From contig CP186953.1 in assembly GCA_049570475.1 (NCBI GenBank), positions 640,001 through 704,000 on the forward strand: a DNA stretch of 64,000 nucleotides, written 5' to 3'. The translations under genes were made by a program, and so were the position numbers. Below, piece by piece: positions 57,613 to 64,000 of the stretch. The notes under the pieces are model-generated. The model searched no databases and had not been told where the DNA came from. It saw nothing but the letters and a program-made list of their open reading frames with translations. This DNA comes from Candidatus Methanosuratincola verstraetei (GTDB lineage: Archaea > Thermoproteota > Methanomethylicia > Methanomethylicales > Methanomethylicaceae). Every line of letters begins with the position of its first letter. Positions within the stretch are counted from its first letter, which is position 1.

Positions 57613-57775
57613 CCAAAAAGCTTAATACCCATTCGAACTAGGATAACCTTACAAAACGGTGGTTAAAGTGAGCCAATTCCAATATCTATAACGCGACTGG
57701 TCCCTTCTTGTTCCGACCAGTCGGTGCTCTCAGGTCCTGAGAGACTGAATCCAGTTTTTGAGACGAGCCAAGAAA
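57613..57775 (+). promoter_or_regulatory. Promoter and structured leader with a uORF (candidate attenuator) of the tkt-aro operon
   Basis: BRE/TATA-like CCAAAAAG-CTTAATA (57613-57627), GGTGG Shine-Dalgarno, uORF 57668-57691, overlapping inverted repeats at 57694-57763 and T5 at 57755-57759. Confidence 0.55.
57668..57691 (+). CDS. Putative leader peptide MSQFQYL
   Basis: GTG AGC CAA TTC CAA TAT CTA TAA, starting 5 nt after GGTGG. Contains Phe and Tyr codons and precedes the aro operon. Confidence 0.4.
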   Translation: MSQFQYL

Positions 57776-57860
57776 AAGCAAAGAGAATGGAAAAGGCATC
57801 AGCCCGCAGGCACATAGCAGGCATCGCATTGGACCGCCCTGATCTTGGGGTGATTACACT

Positions 57861-58718
57861 ATGAGCAGCACCGTGGAGCTAGCCGACCTGAAGCACGCTA
57901 CAGACGTCCAGAAGGTGAAGGAGAGGATAAGGAATGTCCAGCGCATGCTCGTCGAGATGACCTCGTCGATGGGGGTGCACCTCGGATCCTCACTTTCTTG
58001 CCTCGAGATCATAGCCACGCTCTACTTCCTGAAGATGCGGCACACCCCCCATAGGCCGCAGTGGAAAGAGAGGGACAGGTTCATACTCAGCAAGGGGCAT
58101 GCAGCCCCGGTGCTATACGCAGTCCTGGCAGAGGCGGGGTACTTCCCGAAGGAGGAGCTCCGCACGCTCAAGCGCATCGACTCGCGGCTCCAAGGGCACC
58201 CCGACCTGAAGACTCCAGGGGTCGACGCCCCCTCGGGCTCGCTTGGCCAGGGGATCTCGATAGGCATCGGGATGGCAGTTGCGGCGAAGATGCGCGGGAG
58301 CAGGAGCAGGGTTTATGTACTCGCAGGCGACGGCGAATGCGACGAGGGGCAGGTCTGGGAATCCCTCATGACGGCTGCGCACCTGAGGCTTGGCAACCTG
58401 GTCCTGATAATAGACAGGAACGGCTGGCAGCTCGACGACAGGACGGAGGAGGTGAAGAGGAAGGTGCCGCTCAGGAGCAAGCTAGAGAGCTTCGGGTGGG
58501 AGACCTACTCGATAAACGGCCACGACGTGGAGAAGATAGTCGAGGTCCTGGACGCCGCTGAGAGGGCGGAGCAGCCAGTTGCGATAATAGCACACACAAA
58601 GAAGGGCAAGGGGATCTCCTTCCTCGAGGACTCGAACAAGGGGCACAAGCTCAAGCTGAGCGAGGAGGAGTATCTCGCAGCGATCAAGGAGCTGGAGATG
58701 AAGGCAAAGTGCGCGTAG
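57861..58718 (+). CDS. Transketolase, N-terminal subunit
   Basis: HLGSSLS, RDRFILSKGHA, LQGHP, GSLGQG and GDGE...N TPP motif. Confidence 0.95.
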   Translation: MSSTVELADLKHATDVQKVKERIRNVQRMLVEMTSSMGVHLGSSLSCLEIIATLYFLKMRHTPHRPQWKERDRFILSKGHAAPVLYAVLAEAGYFPKEELRTLKRIDSRLQGHPDLKTPGVDAPSGSLGQGISIGIGMAVAAKMRGSRSRVYVLAGDGECDEGQVWESLMTAAHLRLGNLVLIIDRNGWQLDDRTEEVKRKVPLRSKLESFGWETYSINGHDVEKIVEVLDAAERAEQPVAIIAHTKKGKGISFLEDSNKGHKLKLSEEEYLAAIKELEMKAKCA

Positions 58719-59620
58719 CTTTCGGGGAGGGGCTGATTGAGATCGGCGGCGAGAACGAGGACCTGGTCGTGCTGACGGCGGACGTCGCGAAGCCCACCCA
58801 TGTGATCGGATTCGGGGAGCGCTTCCCCCACAGGTTCCTGAACGTCGGGATAGCGGAGCAAGACATGGTCGACGTCGCGGCAGGGCTGGCTCTCAGCGAG
58901 AAGGTGCCCGTCGCAGTAGCGTTCGCGCCGTTCATGATGAGGGCATGGGAGCAGGTCAGGAGCACGATCTCGAGGTGCAGCCTGAACGTGAAGCTCGTGG
59001 GCACCCACGCCGGGCTCTCGGCATCGGACGAGGGCGCGTCCCACCAGTCGCTGGAAGATGTGGCGCTGATGCGGGTGCTCCCCAATATGACCGTGGTCGT
59101 GCCCGGGGACAGGGAGGAGGTCAAGGAGGCCACGCGCGCGATAGTTGAGAGCAGGGGGCCCGCGTACATGAGGATAGGGAGGGACGAGGACGCCAGGTTC
59201 CTTGAAGAGGGGTTCAGGCTCGGGAGGGCTGCAGTGCTCAGGGACGGGAGCGATGTTGTCGTCTTCTCCAACGGATACCTCACTTCGGAGGTGCTCAAGG
59301 CGGCGGAAGGGGCTCCCGTGGACGCGATGGTAGTACACGTACCGACCGTGAAGCCCCTGGACGCTGGGGCGGTGGTATCCGCGGCGAGGAGGGCTGGGGC
59401 GGTCATCTGCGTCGAGGAGCATAGCGTAATCGGAGGGCTGGGCAGCGCGGTCTCCGAGCTGCTCTCGGCAGAGTGCCCCGTCTACGTGAGGAGGATGGGC
59501 GTCGGAGATACGTTCGGTGAGTCCGGCACATACAGGGAGCTGCTGGAGAAGCACCGCCTCACTGCACCTCACATCAGGGAGGCGATGGTCAAGGCTGCCG
59601 GGAGGAGGGGGAAGAGATGA
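58709..59620 (+). CDS. Transketolase, C-terminal subunit
   Basis: NVGIAEQ, GASHQSLED, VKPLD and EEHSVIGGLGSAV. Confidence 0.95.
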   Translation: MRVAFGEGLIEIGGENEDLVVLTADVAKPTHVIGFGERFPHRFLNVGIAEQDMVDVAAGLALSEKVPVAVAFAPFMMRAWEQVRSTISRCSLNVKLVGTHAGLSASDEGASHQSLEDVALMRVLPNMTVVVPGDREEVKEATRAIVESRGPAYMRIGRDEDARFLEEGFRLGRAAVLRDGSDVVVFSNGYLTSEVLKAAEGAPVDAMVVHVPTVKPLDAGAVVSAARRAGAVICVEEHSVIGGLGSAVSELLSAECPVYVRRMGVGDTFGESGTYRELLEKHRLTAPHIREAMVKAAGRRGKR

Positions 59621-60597
59621 TCATCGTACTTGAGGAGGAATCGAGACACCTGGAGGAGGTGCTCGGCGGGAGGTTCCGGAAGGTCAGGCACGGGGGCAAG
59701 GTCGCCTATGTCTCGGTCAGGCAGGTCCCGAGGGAAACCCTGGACAGGCTGCACAACGCAAGGATCGTTGACACGGGGAAGCCTTACCAGCTGGCGAGCA
59801 GGAGCTTTGTGGAGGATGGCACCAGGGTCAGGATCGGGGAGGCGGAGTTCGGAGGAAAGGGGATCCAAGTATGCGCAGGCCCATGCGCGGTCGAGAGCAG
59901 GGCCCAGCTGCTCGAGGCGGCTGAGGCAGTAAAGACTGCAGGCGCGTCCGTCCTTAGGGGGGGCGCGTTCAAGCCCAGGACCTCGCCGTACTCCTTCCAG
60001 GGGCTGGGCGAGGAGGGCTTGAGGATCCTGAGGGAGGTCTCGGACGAGGTCGGCATACCAGTCGTAACCGAGGCCACATCCCCTGAGCAGGTCCCTGTTG
60101 TGGCAGAGTACGCCGATGCCATACAGATCGGCGCCAGGAACATGCAGAACTTCGAGCTACTAAAGGCGGCTGGCAGATCCGGGAGACCGGTGCTGCTGAA
60201 GAGGGGGGCATCCGCCACCATCGAGGAGTGGATGCTCGCTGCCGAGTATGTGCTGCTCGAGGGAAATTGGAGCGTGATCCTTTGCGAGAGGGGGATCAGG
60301 AGCTTTGACGGCGCGACGCGGAATGTCTTCGACGTCGCCGGGATGGCTTTGGCGAAGGCGCTCACCCACCTGCCCGTCATCGCCGACCCGAGCCATGCAA
60401 CAGGGAGGAAAGACCTGGTCATGCCGGCTGCGATGGCTGCGGTTGCCGCAGGCGCGGACGGGCTCATCGTGGAGGTCCACCCAAGGCCGGATGAGGCGCT
60501 CAGCGACGGGCCTCAGTCCCTCGATCCGATCGGGTTCAGGAAGATGATGTCCGAGGTCGCGAAGGTCGCAAATGCAATCGGCAGGGGTCTGCGTTGA
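59617..60597 (+). CDS. aroF: 3-deoxy-7-phosphoheptulonate (DAHP) synthase, class I-beta
   Basis: AGPCAVES, GGAFKPRTSPYSFQG, QIGARNMQN, LCERGIR, DPSH and EVHP...ALSDG. Confidence 0.96.
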   Translation: MIIVLEEESRHLEEVLGGRFRKVRHGGKVAYVSVRQVPRETLDRLHNARIVDTGKPYQLASRSFVEDGTRVRIGEAEFGGKGIQVCAGPCAVESRAQLLEAAEAVKTAGASVLRGGAFKPRTSPYSFQGLGEEGLRILREVSDEVGIPVVTEATSPEQVPVVAEYADAIQIGARNMQNFELLKAAGRSGRPVLLKRGASATIEEWMLAAEYVLLEGNWSVILCERGIRSFDGATRNVFDVAGMALAKALTHLPVIADPSHATGRKDLVMPAAMAAVAAGADGLIVEVHPRPDEALSDGPQSLDPIGFRKMMSEVAKVANAIGRGLR

Positions 60598-61682
60598 GGC
60601 AAATTTCGGTCGGGTCAAGGGGTCGTGGCTGCAGAGTCCTGATTGGAGCAGGCCTCCTGAGCAGAGTGGGGGAGAGCCTCAGGCCCTTGGTCGGTGGCGG
60701 GAAGGCGGTGGTCGTGACGGTCCCCCCTGTCAGGGAGCTTTACCTGCAGATCGTATTGGACAGCATGGAGGATGCAGGGGTCGAACCCCTTGTGTTGGCC
60801 GTCCCCGACGGCGAGGATGCCAAGACGCCCAGGGCTTACCTCGATGTCGTGGGCAGTATGCTGGACGCTGGCGCGGGCAGGGACGCGCTGGTGGTCTCAC
60901 TCGGAGGGGGGTGCGTGGGCGACCTCGCCGGTTTCGTGGCTTCGACGTATATGCGCGGGGTCAGGCTGGTTCACATCCCGACCACTCTGCTCGCGCAGGT
61001 GGACAGCAGCATAGGCGGCAAGAGTGCGCTCAACCACCCGAGGGCTAAGAACCTCATAGGCAGCTTCCACCAGCCGGAGCTCGTGATCGCCGACACGATG
61101 GTGCTGAGGACGCTCCCGACGAAGGAAGTCCGCTGCGGGCTGGCAGAGGTGCTCAAGTACGGCGCCATACTCGACAGCGAATTGTTCGGGATCCTAGAGG
61201 GGAAAGCCGAAGAGGTGCTCGGGCTCAACGAAGTGGTCCTGGAGGATGTGGTCTGTCGATCGGCAGAGATCAAGGCAAGGGTCGTGGCTGCGGACGAGAT
61301 GGACAGGGGCGAGAGGATGCTACTCAACTTCGGGCACACGGTCGGCCATGCCATAGAGGCGGCGACGGGCTACTCCGGGTACAGCCACGGGGAGGCGGTC
61401 GCAATAGGCATGGCGGCAGAGTCCAGGATCGCAACCAGGCTGGGCATGATAGGCGATGGCGAGGCGGAAAGGATTGTAAAGCTTGCGACACGGCTCGGTC
61501 TCCCGACTAGGGCGAGGGGTGTCGCAGCCGATGAGCTGATATGGCTCATGCACGGCGACAAGAAGGCGCAGGGCGGGCGGCTGAGGTTCGCACTCCCGGA
61601 CGCGATCGGGTCAGGATCGGTGGTCGAGGTGACGGACACGGGATTGATCGCTGAGGCGATCTCGGGGGTGCTTGGAGATTAG
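60594..61682 (+). CDS. aroB: 3-dehydroquinate synthase
   Basis: GGGCVGDLAGF, PTTLLAQVDSSIGGK, LNFGHTVGHAIE and HGEAV. Confidence 0.96.
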   Translation: MRQISVGSRGRGCRVLIGAGLLSRVGESLRPLVGGGKAVVVTVPPVRELYLQIVLDSMEDAGVEPLVLAVPDGEDAKTPRAYLDVVGSMLDAGAGRDALVVSLGGGCVGDLAGFVASTYMRGVRLVHIPTTLLAQVDSSIGGKSALNHPRAKNLIGSFHQPELVIADTMVLRTLPTKEVRCGLAEVLKYGAILDSELFGILEGKAEEVLGLNEVVLEDVVCRSAEIKARVVAADEMDRGERMLLNFGHTVGHAIEAATGYSGYSHGEAVAIGMAAESRIATRLGMIGDGEAERIVKLATRLGLPTRARGVAADELIWLMHGDKKAQGGRLRFALPDAIGSGSVVEVTDTGLIAEAISGVLGD

Positions 61683-62364
61683 GGGCAGGGCTTACAGGAT
61701 ATGCGCATCGGTCACGGGCAAGGACGAGCAGGCGATCGCAAGGGCAGCCCTGGCAGCGGAGGAGCTGGGCGTCGACTTGGTGGAGCTGAGGCTCGACTCG
61801 GTGGAGGGCCTCGACCGGGAGAAGGTCAGGTCGGTATTCAGGATGACCGCGGGGCTCGGCGTGCCCAGGATCGCCACGGTGATGCCGAGCAGCATATTCG
61901 GGCGGTTTTCAGGGAGGCCGAAGGAGAGAGCGGAGCTGCTGTTAGAGGCTGCAAGCCACGCCGATTATGTCGATCTCGGGGCCGAGATCCTGGGCGAAGT
62001 TGACTGGCTCCTGGAGAGGGTCTCACGGAGGTCAAAGGTGATACTCTCCTGGCATGCCAACCGAATGCTCACAGTGCAGGAGATGAAGGAATTCGCCAGG
62101 TCCAGGCAGGGGTGCAGCGTCTACAAGATCGCGATGCCCGCCAGGAGCGTGGCGGACAACCTGGTTGCATTGGAGGGGTGCCTGGCTTTGGAAGGGGTCA
62201 AGAGGGTCGTCTTCTGCTACGGCAGGGATGGGGTGCCTTCGAGGGTGCTCTCGCCGCTCTTCGGGGCGGAGTGGGCATACGCGGCGCTGAGGAAGGGCGA
62301 GGAGACCGCGCCCGGGCAGGTCGACGTGGAGACGCTCAAGAGGATCAGGGAGGCCTTTGCGTGA
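61672..62364 (+). CDS. aroD: Type I 3-dehydroquinate dehydratase
   Basis: DLVELRLD, ILSWH, YKIA, SRV and TAPGQ. Confidence 0.9.
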   Translation: MEIRGRAYRICASVTGKDEQAIARAALAAEELGVDLVELRLDSVEGLDREKVRSVFRMTAGLGVPRIATVMPSSIFGRFSGRPKERAELLLEAASHADYVDLGAEILGEVDWLLERVSRRSKVILSWHANRMLTVQEMKEFARSRQGCSVYKIAMPARSVADNLVALEGCLALEGVKRVVFCYGRDGVPSRVLSPLFGAEWAYAALRKGEETAPGQVDVETLKRIREAFA

Positions 62365-63218
62365 CCACCAGCAGGACCAGGCTCTTCTGCCTAGTGGGGG
62401 ATCCGGTCGATCATTCGGTCAGCCCGGAGATCTTCACCAGGGCGTTCGAGGCATGCGGGGTAGATGCAGCATACCTGGCATTCAGGGTCCCAAGCCGGTG
62501 CCTGGGCGAGGCGGTGGCTGGGATCAGGGCACTCGGCATCTCCGGATTCAACGTGACGATACCGCACAAGATAGCGGTCATGCGCCACCTCGACGCGGTT
62601 GAGGGGGCAGCCAAGGAGATCGGCGCCGTGAACGTGGTAAAGGTCGAGGGCGGCAGGTCTGTAGGCTACAACACGGACGGGGAGGGGGCGCTGAGGGCGC
62701 TCAGCGGAAGGAGGCTCTCAGGGAGGAGGGTTGCAATATTGGGGTACGGCGGGGCGGCGAGGGCAGTAGCCTTTTCGATCGCATCCTCGCAGAGACCCGA
62801 GGAGATAATCATTTCAGGGAGGGACCCGGCGAAGGCCATGGGGCTCGCCCAGCGGCTGGGGGCCCTCTTCGGGGTCAAGAGCACCCCCTCCAGCCTCGAT
62901 GGGCTCGGTAAGGCCCTCCCCGATGTCCTGATCAACGCGACCCCGCTCGGCATGGCTCCCTGGGTCGAGGAGATGCCCGTCGACAGGGACGTCCTGCGCG
63001 AAGGGATGGTCGTATTCGACCTCGTGTACAACCCCGCCGAGACCAAGCTGCTGGGGGAGGCGAAGGCAAAGGGCTGCATTGCCATCGGGGGGCTGGAGAT
63101 GCTTGTCGGGCAGGCGGCTGCAGCATTCGAGATCTGGACGGGCATCGATCCCCCGCTGGGGGAGATGAGGAGGGCGGCAGAGGAAGCGCTCAAGGTCAGG
63201 GGAGGTTCAGGCGCATGA
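62361..63218 (+). CDS. aroE: Shikimate dehydrogenase
   Basis: GDPVDHSVSP, NVTIPHK, GYNTDG, INATPLGM and DLVYNP. GTG start overlaps the aroD stop. Confidence 0.95.
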   Translation: MTTSRTRLFCLVGDPVDHSVSPEIFTRAFEACGVDAAYLAFRVPSRCLGEAVAGIRALGISGFNVTIPHKIAVMRHLDAVEGAAKEIGAVNVVKVEGGRSVGYNTDGEGALRALSGRRLSGRRVAILGYGGAARAVAFSIASSQRPEEIIISGRDPAKAMGLAQRLGALFGVKSTPSSLDGLGKALPDVLINATPLGMAPWVEEMPVDRDVLREGMVVFDLVYNPAETKLLGEAKAKGCIAIGGLEMLVGQAAAAFEIWTGIDPPLGEMRRAAEEALKVRGGSGA

Positions 63219-64000
63219 GGGGGAAAGGCACATCCTACGGCGCAGCCACGATAGTCAATGCGATGCCCTCCGGATTCGGGGGAGCGATCGGGGTCTGGCT
63301 CAAGACGGTCGCGGAGGTGGAGATCACCGAAGACCCGGCGGTCGAGGTGGTGGCGGCAGACCAGGAGGTCGACGATCTCTCTCTAATCGTCGAGTCGTTC
63401 AGGGCCGCCTCGGGCAGGTTCGGGATCAGCTGCGGCGCGCGGATCACGGTGCGGAGCGAGATACCGCCCGCGAGGGGGATGAAGAGCTCGAGCGCAGCAT
63501 CAAACGCAGTCGTGCTCGCCACGCTGGACGCGCTCGGGAGGGAGTGCGAGGCGATGGAGGCGGTCCAGATGGGCGTGCTTGCATCCAAGAAAGCAGGCGT
63601 GACTGTCACCGGCGCCTTCGACGACGCGTGCGCGAGCCTCTTCGGCGGGGTGTTCCTCACGGACAACACCGGGATGAGGGTGCTCAGGAGCTGGGACGCC
63701 GAGGAGCTGACTGCGCTCTTCCTGGTCCCCGAGGAGAGGAGGTACTCAGGGAGGGTCGACGCAGAGCGCCTCAGGAGCTACGCGCGGGTATCTCTCATTG
63801 CATTCAACGAGGCGATCGAGGGGAGGGTCTGGCAGGCGATGCTCATCAACGGCTTGGCGATGTGCCGCGTCCTAGGTTTCGACGCCGAGCCGATCCTGGA
63901 GGCGGTAAAGGAGGGGGCGGCCTCGGCAGGACTGTGCGGCAAGGGCCCAGCCATCTGCGCGGTCACAAAGCCGGAGTACGAAGGAGAGATCATGGACCGC
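63215..64000 (+). CDS. aroK: Archaeal (GHMP-family) shikimate kinase, truncated by the window end
   Basis: Translated by hand: GAATIVNA, SEIPPARGMKSSSAASNA and VTVTGAFDDACAS. ATGA overlap with aroE. Confidence 0.93.
   Translation, partial: MRGKGTSYGAATIVNAMPSGFGGAIGVWLKTVAEVEITEDPAVEVVAADQEVDDLSLIVESFRAASGRFGISCGARITVRSEIPPARGMKSSSAASNAVVLATLDALGRECEAMEAVQMGVLASKKAGVTVTGAFDDACASLFGGVFLTDNTGMRVLRSWDAEELTALFLVPEERRYSGRVDAERLRSYARVSLIAFNEAIEGRVWQAMLINGLAMCRVLGFDAEPILEAVKEGAASAGLCGKGPAICAVTKPEYEGEIMDR

Noticed and set aside
1-64000. tRNA, rRNA, CRISPR array, integrase or transposase
   Set aside because: No cloverleaf/T-loop context, regularly spaced repeats or recombinase motifs were seen. A tRNAscan-SE/Infernal run would be needed to exclude small RNAs formally.

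Overview
Archaeal chromosomal segment. Evidence: archaeal-type shikimate kinase, COG1672/COG1373 ATPases, DUF1616/DUF354 genes, TATA/BRE promoters and GGTGA Shine-Dalgarno motifs. The gene style suggests a GC-rich Thermoproteota lineage such as Methanomethylicia or Bathyarchaeia; this is inference and was not searched. From left to right: (1) 0.5-6.5 kb is a decaying toxin-antitoxin/defence patch (AbiE-like pseudogene pair, NTPase, COG1373 ATPase, rmlD remnant, AbrB-PIN pair, amber-interrupted Mrr-like nuclease). (2) 7-20.5 kb is a compositionally mosaic, AT-rich surface-glycan locus with a WbpA/B/E/D/I-like diacetamido-uronic acid pathway and two GT4 genes sharing an apparently identical 640-bp 3' half. 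(3) 20.5-31.2 kb is a co-directional MoxR/DUF58/DUF4350/DUF4129/split-DUF1616 operon that runs directly into the glycan genes. (4) A PAS histidine kinase whose phospho-acceptor His is Arg, plus a receiver protein. (5) SSS, CDF, P-type ATPase and ABC transporters, a second small glycan cluster and an Ig-repeat surface protein. (6) carAB with a divergent ACT-domain gene, a Dph6-like gene and a transketolase-aro operon running off the window end. The two most striking observations are a single ORF (44848-46164) fusing a KvAP-like voltage-sensor domain to an MscS mechanosensitive channel, and a candidate Phe/Tyr leader-peptide attenuator in front of the aro operon. No rRNA, tRNA, CRISPR array or transposase was recognised. 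All calls come from reading motifs by eye, without database searches.
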